DNA of 45,610 nucleotides from Patescibacteria group bacterium (GTDB lineage Bacteria; Patescibacteriota; Microgenomatia; Levybacterales; UBA12049): NCBI GenBank assembly GCA_038063195.1, contig JBBTVO010000012.1, positions 1 to 45,610 of the forward strand, read 5' to 3'. Shown piece by piece: positions 37,776 to 45,610 of this stretch (position 1 is its first letter; each line of letters starts with the position of its first letter). The notes under the pieces were generated by a model. It saw only the letters and a program-made list of their open reading frames with translations, ran no database searches and was not told where the DNA came from. The position numbers and the translations under genes were made by a program.

Positions 37776-37832
37776 ATCGGACACGGACTACCGCACCCCC
37801 AGCGCGGCGTACTGCCACTATACTACATCCCG
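37762..37832 (-). tRNA. tRNA-Pro(GGG)
   Basis: Acceptor CGGGATG/CATCCCG plus A73, anticodon arm CCGCG-CTGGGGG-TGCGG, T arm CCGTG-TCCGATT-CACGG; CCA not encoded. Confidence 0.93.
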
Positions 37833-37915
37833 CAAAACTAGATACTAGAGATTAGAAATTAGATACTAGTTTGAACTATTGCATTATAACAAATAAATGT
37901 TAGAATTATAACCAA

Positions 37916-39001
37916 ATGGCAAAGACATCTCATGCTCCAAAAAATACTCCAAACGGCCCTACAGAATCCTCAAAAAAACTTGACGCGATAAGACTTGCGA
38001 TGGATCAAATTGAAAAGCAATACGGACGGGGTTCTATCATGCGTTTTGGAGATTCGGGTCAGAAATTTGATATTTCAGTAATCTCTACAGGATGTCTTCC
38101 TCTAGATTTGGCACTTGGAGTTGGAGGGTTGCCAAGGGGTAGAATTGTAGAAATTTTTGGTCCTGAAGCATCAGGTAAGACAACCGTCTGTCTTTCAATA
38201 ATTGCTCAAGCTCAAAAGACAGGAGGAGTCGCGGCGTTTATCGATGCAGAGCATGCAATGGATCCTCTATGGGCACAGAAACTTGGAGTAAAGCTTGATG
38301 AGCTTTTGATTTCTCAACCCGATACCGGAGAACAGGCTTTGGAAATTGCAGAAAGTTTAATAAGGTCCGGCGGAATAGATGTCTTAGTTATTGATTCTGT
38401 TGCAGCACTGGTTCCTCGTGCAGAAATTGAAGGAGAGATGGGAGATGCTATGATGGGACTTCATGCCCGTCTTATGTCACAAGCTCTTCGAAAACTTACC
38501 GGTGTAATTTCCAAATCAAAGACTATTGTAATATTTACCAATCAATTGCGGCAAAAAATTGGCGTAATGTTCGGAAATCCTGAGACAACCACCGGAGGAC
38601 TTGCTCTTAAATTTTATGCATCGGTAAGACTTGACAGCAGAAAAATAGAAACTTTAAAAGACGGTGATAAAGTTATCGGTACGAGACATAGAGTGAAAGT
38701 TGTCAAGAATAAAGTGGCGGCACCATTCCGAATTGCTGAATTTGATGTATTGGCAGAGACTGGAATTTCAAAAGAGGGCGGAATTGTTGATGTGGGAACG
38801 GAGATGGGAATAATTGATAAATCGGGAGCGTTTTATAAATACGGAGAATTAATGCTTGGTCAGGGAAAAGAAGCGACCAAAATGTTTCTTGCCGAAAAGC
38901 CCGATGTCGCAAAAAAGATTGTCGATGAGATTGTGAAGCAAAGTAAAACAGTCGGCGGCACCCCCGTTGCAGTTGGAGTTGAAGAAAAAGAATCCTCTTA
39001 A
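37916..39001 (+). CDS. recA: Recombinase A
   Basis: [49 protein letters not shown]. Confidence 0.99.
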   Translation: MAKTSHAPKNTPNGPTESSKKLDAIRLAMDQIEKQYGRGSIMRFGDSGQKFDISVISTGCLPLDLALGVGGLPRGRIVEIFGPEASGKTTVCLSIIAQAQKTGGVAAFIDAEHAMDPLWAQKLGVKLDELLISQPDTGEQALEIAESLIRSGGIDVLVIDSVAALVPRAEIEGEMGDAMMGLHARLMSQALRKLTGVISKSKTIVIFTNQLRQKIGVMFGNPETTTGGLALKFYASVRLDSRKIETLKDGDKVIGTRHRVKVVKNKVAAPFRIAEFDVLAETGISKEGGIVDVGTEMGIIDKSGAFYKYGELMLGQGKEATKMFLAEKPDVAKKIVDEIVKQSKTVGGTPVAVGVEEKESS

Positions 39002-39489
39002 TGGATGAGTTTGAGAAGTTTTATAATAAAGCTCTGAAGTTCCTTTCTTATCGTCCTCGCTCAGTTGATGAAGTCAGAAAAAATCTCCTTGAGTCTCGTG
39101 GAAGATTTGGCTCCGCCAAAAGAAACACAACCCCTGAGATTGCCGAGAAAATAATTTCAAAACTCAAAGAATATAAATTCTTAGATGATAAGGAGTTTGT
39201 GAAATGGTGGGTTGAGCAAAGGACTAATTATAAACCACGTTCCCTAAGATTAATTAAGATGGAATTGGGACAAAAAGGAATTGGTAAAGATCTGATTGAA
39301 GAAGTTGTGGAAAACTTAGAAACTAGAGTTGATGATTTACAGTCCGCGAAAAAATTGATTGAACGAAGATTAAATAAATATAAAAATCTTCCGCGTGATG
39401 AAAAATTCCAAAAAGTCGCGAGATATCTCTCATCAAAAGGATTCAATTACGATATTATTAAGGAAATTTTCAAAGAAATTGAAAACTAG
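39001..39489 (+). CDS. recX: Regulatory protein RecX
   Basis: AL.FLS.RPRS..E, LDD.EF, EL.QKGI, YL..KGF; follows recA. Confidence 0.93.
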   Translation: MDEFEKFYNKALKFLSYRPRSVDEVRKNLLESRGRFGSAKRNTTPEIAEKIISKLKEYKFLDDKEFVKWWVEQRTNYKPRSLRLIKMELGQKGIGKDLIEEVVENLETRVDDLQSAKKLIERRLNKYKNLPRDEKFQKVARYLSSKGFNYDIIKEIFKEIEN

Positions 39490-39528
39490 ATTGTTGAATT
39501 ATATTCTAACTTGATTGATAATTGAGAT

Positions 39529-40677
39529 ATGGAGCCCACATCTCCGTCCGCAAATCAACTTTCTGGTACGGTAATTTCTCAAACTGACAGTATTACAAAT
39601 CCCAAAGATTCTGTAAAAGATATACTTGCTTCGTTTTTGTCTATAACCATTTTCTACTGGATAGTTTATTTGTTTTTTAATTGGGCTTTTAGGATTGGCG
39701 ATGGATCTGGAATATCAATTCTGCCCCAACAAGGCTCAAATTCTCAACAATTTCTGCTTGCCCCGATTGGGGCTTTGTTGTCGCTCGGGCTAGTTTCGCT
39801 GGCTAGAAAATTAATGCATTCTGGAAAAAAATCTCTAGCAATTATAAGTTTATTAAGTCCAGTCATGCTTGCCATTTTCGCATTCGTATGGGCTATTATT
39901 TTCCCCTGCGAAGGAGAACTTTGTGGATTGGGAGCTGGAATACTTATTATGGTTGTTTTAGTGCTGGCTGCAGGAGTATATATCTGTCTCTTAATTACAA
40001 CTGTAAGCATTTTCTTCATTCGAAAATATAAATATGGGTTGGTCACACTAATTATTTTGTTTTTTTTACTTCTCCTCACGCCCATAATCTACTCCTTTCT
40101 CGTTGAAGCCAGTTTTAAGAGTAAAATTTCAGAAAAAATTTCCCAAGTAAGTAGAGTTAGTCTACAAAAAGTAGAAATTAGTAAAGAAGAATATGATGGC
40201 ATAAGTAAGCTTGAGCCTTGCTGTAGAGTTTTGGAAACAAAACAAACCGGGGTAGTTGTCTTGACTAAGCTTAGTCAAGATGAACTATTGCTTCAAGGAC
40301 CAGTAGCAAGTTCTAAAGACCCGTATGGCCAAACGATATATAAAGCCAGCCTTTTGGTAGAGAATGATAATAAAATAATAGATATAGGTAAAGGAGCTAA
40401 TTTTTCAGCATTTTCAATTCTGCCTAGAGCCGGATCAGGTTCAAGACCGATTTTTCTTTCAATTCCAAAACGCATGGTTGCTTTCTTTCAGGAGTACGTA
40501 GATGCTGGAGATTTTATTATTTCCAAACTGGATGGCACAGGAATCTACATTGATAGCAATTTTTGCTCTTGGGATTGCACGGTTGCGTGGAGCAGAGATG
40601 GTTTTATTTATCTATCCGATCCGCATCAAAATGGACCAGAATATAACTACAAGTATTATAAAGTAACTCCTCCTTAG
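39529..40677 (+). CDS. Hypothetical membrane protein (about 5 TM plus Cys-containing extracellular domain)
   Basis: Hydrophobic N-half with CEGELC loop, beta-rich C-half; own promoter TTGAAT-17bp-GATAAT 6 nt before ATG. Confidence 0.7.
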   Translation: MEPTSPSANQLSGTVISQTDSITNPKDSVKDILASFLSITIFYWIVYLFFNWAFRIGDGSGISILPQQGSNSQQFLLAPIGALLSLGLVSLARKLMHSGKKSLAIISLLSPVMLAIFAFVWAIIFPCEGELCGLGAGILIMVVLVLAAGVYICLLITTVSIFFIRKYKYGLVTLIILFFLLLLTPIIYSFLVEASFKSKISEKISQVSRVSLQKVEISKEEYDGISKLEPCCRVLETKQTGVVVLTKLSQDELLLQGPVASSKDPYGQTIYKASLLVENDNKIIDIGKGANFSAFSILPRAGSGSRPIFLSIPKRMVAFFQEYVDAGDFIISKLDGTGIYIDSNFCSWDCTVAWSRDGFIYLSDPHQNGPEYNYKYYKVTPP

Positions 40678-40889
40678 CTCCGCCTTTTATATAAGTTCTA
40701 ATTAGTAGTCATGATTAAAATGTGGTATAATTTGGGAGAGACAATAGGATATGTCTATCCGCCTTCGCACAAAAGGCTTCGGCGAGATAAAGAGGTTTAA
40801 GAAAAATATGAAAATAAACCCCTCAGACAAAATATTTAAGATTTAATCCGCCTAAGGGCGAGATTTCCTCTATTGTCTTCAAATAATTT

Positions 40890-42137
40890 ATGGCGTCACA
40901 AAATTCAGATTTGATAAAACTTGAAAAAAAGCTTCTTGAAAGAGAAGAAAATATCGAAAAGGAAAAAGATTTACTCAGTAAGTTAAAAGACGAGTATAAA
41001 GAAAAACTTTCCAAGGTATCTTCTTTGACAACCGAAGAAGCAAAAAAAGAATTAATAAAAGAAATTGAGGTACAAGAGAGAAATGTTGCAGCACGTATTA
41101 TAAAAGAGGCAGAGGAAGAAGCCAAAAGAACCGCAGACAAAAAATCCCGGGAGATTTTGATCGACTCTATGCGCCATGGAGCAGTAAATTATATTCCCGA
41201 ATTTACTCTCTCTACTGTAAAAATTACAGACGAAGACATAAAGGGAAGAATTATCGGTAAAGAGGGAAGAAATATAAGAGCGTTTGAGCAGGCAACAGGT
41301 GTAGATGTAGATCTTGATGAAGAAGGAGTCATAAGACTTTCATCATTTGATCAGGTAAGACGCGAAATCGCAAGACGCTCACTTGAAATGCTTATAAGGG
41401 ATACTAGAATTCAGCCCTTCCGCATTGAAGAAATTGTAGAGCAGACAAAAAAAGAGGTTGAGAAAATAATGTTTGAAGAAGGAGAAAAACTTGCGCAAGA
41501 AGTGGGAGTTTTCAATCTTTCAAAAGAACTTATTTCAATGCTCGGGCGATTTAAATTCAGAACTTCATACGGACAAAATCTTGTAGTCCATACGCTTGAA
41601 GAGACAAAAATCGGAATTCATATTGCGCAAGAAGTCGGAGCAGATGTAAATATAGTCCGTCTTGGATGTTTGTTCCATGATATTGGGAAAGTTGTGGAGG
41701 GTGAAGGAAGCCATGTAACCCTTGGAGTAGATTTTCTCAAGCGCCACAATATACCCGAGGCGATTATCAATTGCGTTTGGGAGCATCATGAAGACAAGCC
41801 GTTCTCGTCTCTTGAGTCGGTCATTGTTTACATTGCCGATGCAATTTCAGGGGCAAGGCCGGGAGCCCGTTACGAGGACGTAGAAGGGTATGCTAAGAGG
41901 CTTACGGAGATGGAAGAGATTGCGAAGAAATATGAAGGGGTTGCCGACGCTTATGCTTTTGAGGCAGGACGTGAACTTCGTGTAATTATAGATCCCGGAA
42001 AAATGGATGATGCTCAGACAACTCTAATTGCCCACAAAATAAGAGAAGAGGTTGTAAAGTCTCTTGCAGTTCCGGGTGAAGTCAAAGTAACCGCAATTCG
42101 CGAATTTCGCTCAGTCTCCACACAATCCGAGAATTAG
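40890..42137 (+). CDS. rny: Ribonuclease Y (no N-terminal membrane anchor)
   Basis: KGRIIGKEGRNIR (KH), RTSYGQN..H, HDIGK (HD), ADAISGARPGAR, AGRELRV. Confidence 0.97.
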   Translation: MASQNSDLIKLEKKLLEREENIEKEKDLLSKLKDEYKEKLSKVSSLTTEEAKKELIKEIEVQERNVAARIIKEAEEEAKRTADKKSREILIDSMRHGAVNYIPEFTLSTVKITDEDIKGRIIGKEGRNIRAFEQATGVDVDLDEEGVIRLSSFDQVRREIARRSLEMLIRDTRIQPFRIEEIVEQTKKEVEKIMFEEGEKLAQEVGVFNLSKELISMLGRFKFRTSYGQNLVVHTLEETKIGIHIAQEVGADVNIVRLGCLFHDIGKVVEGEGSHVTLGVDFLKRHNIPEAIINCVWEHHEDKPFSSLESVIVYIADAISGARPGARYEDVEGYAKRLTEMEEIAKKYEGVADAYAFEAGRELRVIIDPGKMDDAQTTLIAHKIREEVVKSLAVPGEVKVTAIREFRSVSTQSEN

Positions 42138-42283
42138 ATTCCATGATTCGCTCAGGACTAAAATTTTCTCCTACATAGCTCGCACTATTTTGGTTTTACA
42201 CATCTCATTGTGCTCGGAATATGCAGTCGAAAGATTTTGCCCTTTCGCTCATCTAAGATTTGTACTTTTTCAATTTTGATATA

Positions 42284-42312
42284 TTGACAAGTGTTCGATT
42301 TCATTGTATTTT
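42284..42312 (+). promoter_or_regulatory. Promoter for HU gene
   Basis: TTGACA-17bp-TATTTT with TG extension. Confidence 0.6.
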
Positions 42313-42388
42313 TAATCTAAATCAGCAATTGGTTTGCCCGCCAGTTTGGATTCATTCAAAATTTATTATAGATTGGTGGTGATTTAAT

Positions 42389-42661
42389 TTGACCAAAAAA
42401 GACCTCACAGAAATAGTCGCAAAAAAAGCAAATCTTACAAATAAAGCAGCTAAGGATTCGGTTCAGGCGTTCATAATATCAATCCGGGATTCACTTAAGC
42501 GCGGTGAGAAAGTTGTAATTACAGGATTTGGTACCTTTAGTGTCCGAAATAGAATTGAAAGAGTAGGACGAAACCCAAAGACAGGTGAAAAAATTACGAT
42601 TGCATCAAGGAAAGCGCCCGGTTTTACTCCGGGGAAAACTTTAAAAAGAGCGGTAAGATAG
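42389..42661 (+). CDS. hup: HU-family DNA-binding protein
   Basis: GFGTFSV, GRNPKTGE, FTPGK.LK; TTG start with GGTGGTGA upstream. Confidence 0.95.
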   Translation: MTKKDLTEIVAKKANLTNKAAKDSVQAFIISIRDSLKRGEKVVITGFGTFSVRNRIERVGRNPKTGEKITIASRKAPGFTPGKTLKRAVR

Positions 42662-42838
42662 TAATATTAAAGATTAAAGATAGAAAATTAAATATAACGT
42701 CGATAATCGGACGCCTCTTTTTGGTATAATCAATCTATAATTTCTAAGTTCTAATTTCTAATTTCTACACAAATCCCAATTTAAAAATTTAAATTTGATT
42801 AGAGCAATTAGGTAAATTAGGTCAATTAGAAATTAATT

Positions 42839-43816
42839 ATGACAATTTCCGTAGCTCATCTTTCTAAGCATTTTCAAATTCACAAAAAAGAGCCCGGACT
42901 TGCAGGTTCTGTAAAATCTTTATTCTCGAGAAAATACGAAACCAAAAAAGCGGTTGATGATATTTCTTTTGAAATTAATGAAGGCGAACTGGTAGGTTTC
43001 ATAGGACCAAATGGTGCCGGGAAAACTACTACGCTTAAGTGTCTCTCAGGACTTCTTTATCCTACAAGCGGAAAAATTTCAGTATTAGACTACAACCCCT
43101 ACAGTAGAAAGCCCGAATTTCTTAAGCAGATCTCACTTGTCATGGGACAGAAAAACCAGCTATGGTGGGACCTGCCTGCACTTGACACTTTTATTTTAAA
43201 TAAAGAAATTTATGGAGTCCCTGATAATAAATACAATGTGGTTTTGGAAGAATTGACAAAATTACTCGATGCCCAAGATATTCTTAAAGTTCCTGTGAAA
43301 AAACTATCACTTGGACAGCGCATGAAGATGGAGCTTATGGCATCTATTATTCATTCTCCAAAAGTTTTGTTTCTTGATGAACCCACAATTGGACTTGATA
43401 CTCTGATGCAGAGAAATCTAAGAGAGTTTATAAAAGAATATAATATACGATTTAAAGCAACAATTATCCTGACCAGTCATTATATGCAGGATGTCGAACA
43501 GCTTTGCAAAAGAGTGATAATAATAAATCATGGAAAAATTATTTTCGACGGACAACTTTCAACGCTGATTGAAAAATATGATCCTTCTAAGAAAATAAAA
43601 GTATTATTTCGGGAATACGTTGATCCAAAAAAGCTCGATAAATTAGGGCAAATAGATAGTTTTACTTATCCTGAGTTGATATTAAATGTTCCGAATAAAA
43701 AGGCAAATTCTACCGCATCAGCAATTCTTAAGAATTTTCAGGTCGAAGATATTACGATTTCAGACCCGCAAATAGAAGATGTAATCGCAAAAGTTTATTT
43801 GGAAAATAAGAAATGA
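42839..43816 (+). CDS. ABC transporter ATP-binding protein
   Basis: GPNGAGKTT, LSLGQ signature, LFLDEPTIGLD, TSH. Confidence 0.96.
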   Translation: MTISVAHLSKHFQIHKKEPGLAGSVKSLFSRKYETKKAVDDISFEINEGELVGFIGPNGAGKTTTLKCLSGLLYPTSGKISVLDYNPYSRKPEFLKQISLVMGQKNQLWWDLPALDTFILNKEIYGVPDNKYNVVLEELTKLLDAQDILKVPVKKLSLGQRMKMELMASIIHSPKVLFLDEPTIGLDTLMQRNLREFIKEYNIRFKATIILTSHYMQDVEQLCKRVIIINHGKIIFDGQLSTLIEKYDPSKKIKVLFREYVDPKKLDKLGQIDSFTYPELILNVPNKKANSTASAILKNFQVEDITISDPQIEDVIAKVYLENKK

Positions 43817-43884
43817 CCCATTCGACAGGCTCAGGGTCATAGTCCTTCAACTCAGCTCAGGATTCTGAGTGAAATCGAAGAATG
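43813..43884. repeat. Cluster of three TTCG..GCTCAG palindromic units
   Basis: ATGACCC-ATTCGACAGGCTCA-GGGTCAT, TCCTTCAACTCAGCTCAGGA, inverted CTGAGTGAAATCGAAG. Confidence 0.8.
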
Positions 43885-43899
43885 AGCAAAGGCGAATCT

Positions 43900-44694
43900 A
43901 TGAAAAAATATTATATTATTGCAAGAAACACATGGGATGAGGTGTTTACCTACAGGGCAAGTTTTGTAATGTGGAGGGTAAGGAATATTATCCAGCTTCT
44001 TAGTATTTACTTTCTCTGGTCTGTAGTTTTGCCTCCCGGAAAGACACTTCTCGGATACAGTCAGTCCTTAATGCTTACTTATATTTTGGGTACTTCGCTT
44101 CTAGACTCCATAGTTCTTTCTTCAAGAACTTATATAGTGGGAGAAGAAATTAATAACGGTAATTTAATGAATTTCCTGCTGCGCCCCATAAATTATTTTG
44201 CCTATTGGTTTGCAAAAGATGCAGGAGATAAGCTGATGAATATCTGCTTTTCAGCAGTAGAGTTGACTTTAATTTTCCTAGTACTTCGTCCGCCGTTTTT
44301 CCTTCAGACAAATATTTTTTATATTTTCTTTTTTATCTGTTCGGTAATATTGTCTCTTTTTAATTATTTTTTCTTAAATTTTCTTCTCGGGCTTATAGGA
44401 TTTTGGAGCCCTGAGGTTTGGGCACCGAGATTCATTTTCATAACAGTCTTAGGATTCTTTGCAGGGTCGCTATTTCCTCTCGATATCCTGCCCAACGCGG
44501 TTTATAATATTATGAAATTTCTTCCATTTTTTTATCTTTTATATTTCCCGCTTAAAGTTTATCTCGGACAGTTAAGTTTTCTTGAGATAACATCAGGACT
44601 TCTCATATCATCTTTCTGGGCTTTTGGTATTTATTTTTTGGTAAATATTATCTGGAAGAAAGGTCTTAAGAGCTACACTGCTTATGGAAGATAA
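43900..44694 (+). CDS. ABC-2 family permease
   Basis: YR..F, M.TY, I.NG.L..FLLRP, G..FPLD.LP, LPF.Y..YFP; alternative start at 43882 lies in the repeat. Confidence 0.9.
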   Translation: MKKYYIIARNTWDEVFTYRASFVMWRVRNIIQLLSIYFLWSVVLPPGKTLLGYSQSLMLTYILGTSLLDSIVLSSRTYIVGEEINNGNLMNFLLRPINYFAYWFAKDAGDKLMNICFSAVELTLIFLVLRPPFFLQTNIFYIFFFICSVILSLFNYFFLNFLLGLIGFWSPEVWAPRFIFITVLGFFAGSLFPLDILPNAVYNIMKFLPFFYLLYFPLKVYLGQLSFLEITSGLLISSFWAFGIYFLVNIIWKKGLKSYTAYGR

Positions 44695-45484
44695 GCTAAG
44701 TTTTTTAAAATATTTCAAGTTATGGTGGATGATGACCTTTATGGTTTCCCAAAACGCTTTTGTCTCAAGATTCGGAGCAATACTTTTTGTTTTTGGTAAA
44801 TTGATAAGATTCTCTTTTTTTCTTTTCTTTCTTCTGATTATTGCTTCCCGAACCAATGCAATTGTAGGCTATACTATCTGGCAGATAATTCTTTTTTATC
44901 TTACGTTTAATATCATTGATAGTCTTGCGCAGTTTTTTCTCCGTGAAGTTTACAGATTTAGAAACTATGTTGTTTCAGGAGATTTTGATTATTTTCTCAC
45001 CAAGCCAATGCCTGCACTTTTCAGGCTTCTCTTTGGCGGAAGTGATATCTTAGATATCCCGATTCTTCTTTTGTCTTCAGTTTTTATTTATGTTGCTTTA
45101 TCCCACATAGGCCCGCTTACTATTCTAAATATCTTAATATATCTTGGGCTTCTGATTAATGGGTTTGTGATAATGCTTTCATTTCATATTCTGGTTCTCG
45201 CAATTGGAGTCATTACTACTGAAGTTGACAATACGCTTTGGCTTTTCCGCGACATCACGCAGATGGGAAGATTTCCCATAGATATCTACCAAAATCCGCT
45301 GCGCTCATTTATAACTTTCGTAATTCCTGTAGGAGTAATGGTGACATTTCCTGCAAAAGCCGCAATGGGACTTCTGTCTTTCAATTCGGTTCTAATATCA
45401 GTAGGTATAGGCGCAGCATTTTTATATTTGAGTATTATGTTCTGGCGATTCTCTCTTAAAAAATACTCAAGCGCCTCAAGCTAG
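44684..45484 (+). CDS. ABC-2 family permease
   Basis: V.SGDFD..L.KP, GRFP.DIY, TFVIP......PA, YSSASS end. Confidence 0.9.
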   Translation: MEDKLSFLKYFKLWWMMTFMVSQNAFVSRFGAILFVFGKLIRFSFFLFFLLIIASRTNAIVGYTIWQIILFYLTFNIIDSLAQFFLREVYRFRNYVVSGDFDYFLTKPMPALFRLLFGGSDILDIPILLLSSVFIYVALSHIGPLTILNILIYLGLLINGFVIMLSFHILVLAIGVITTEVDNTLWLFRDITQMGRFPIDIYQNPLRSFITFVIPVGVMVTFPAKAAMGLLSFNSVLISVGIGAAFLYLSIMFWRFSLKKYSSASS

Positions 45485-45486
45485 AT

Positions 45487-45515
45487 TTGACTAAAAACCT
45501 CATTTTTGCTAAAAT
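45487..45515 (+). promoter_or_regulatory. rnpB promoter
   Basis: TTGACT-17bp-TAAAAT with TG extension. Confidence 0.7.
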
Positions 45516-45521
45516 ACGCTT

Positions 45522-45610
45522 GCTCTGGGGAGAAGGACCGCTACTGTCGTCACTTAAACATGATGATAGAGGAAAGTCCAGACAGCAGTAAGGAGGGGAC
45601 GGAGTGTAAG
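45522..45610 (+). ncRNA. rnpB: RNase P RNA, 5' part (truncated by window edge)
   Basis: Universal GAGGAAAGTCC (CR-I) after a P3-like hairpin CTGTCGTCA..TGATGATAG. Confidence 0.85.

Noticed and set aside
37866-37915. LexA/SOS box upstream of recA
   Set aside because: No GAAC-N4-GTTC or CTGT-N8-ACAG; only overlapping divergent promoter hexamers for recA and tRNA-Pro

Overview
The window comes from a low-GC bacterium using the standard genetic code, very likely CPR/Patescibacteria of the Microgenomates type (no L30, N-truncated L2, AT-rich leaders mostly lacking Shine-Dalgarno motifs). Bases 1-30.5 kb are the core translation supercluster: 3' part of rpoC, rpsL-rpsG, fusA, tuf, the S10, spc and alpha operons, and rplM-rpsI. 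It is repeatedly interrupted by orphan genes with their own near-leaderless promoters and by several families of small palindromic or heptamer repeats. Bases 37.9-45.6 kb hold recA-recX-(orphan)-rny, HU, an ABC-2 exporter and the 5' end of RNase P RNA. The most unusual part is a ~5.9 kb island (31856-37764) between uppS and tRNA-Pro(GGG). Its large serine recombinase ends inside the tRNA, and its true C-terminus lies at the far end of the island. A second, inverted, intact attP-like junction sits in the recombinase's own leader and creates a perfect 102-bp inverted repeat. The island also carries a pseudoknotted leader RNA, a ~405-nt highly structured non-coding region, a C-protein-like HTH, a Bro-N protein and a GT-C-like membrane protein. 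All calls were made by eye from the sequence and no database search was run.
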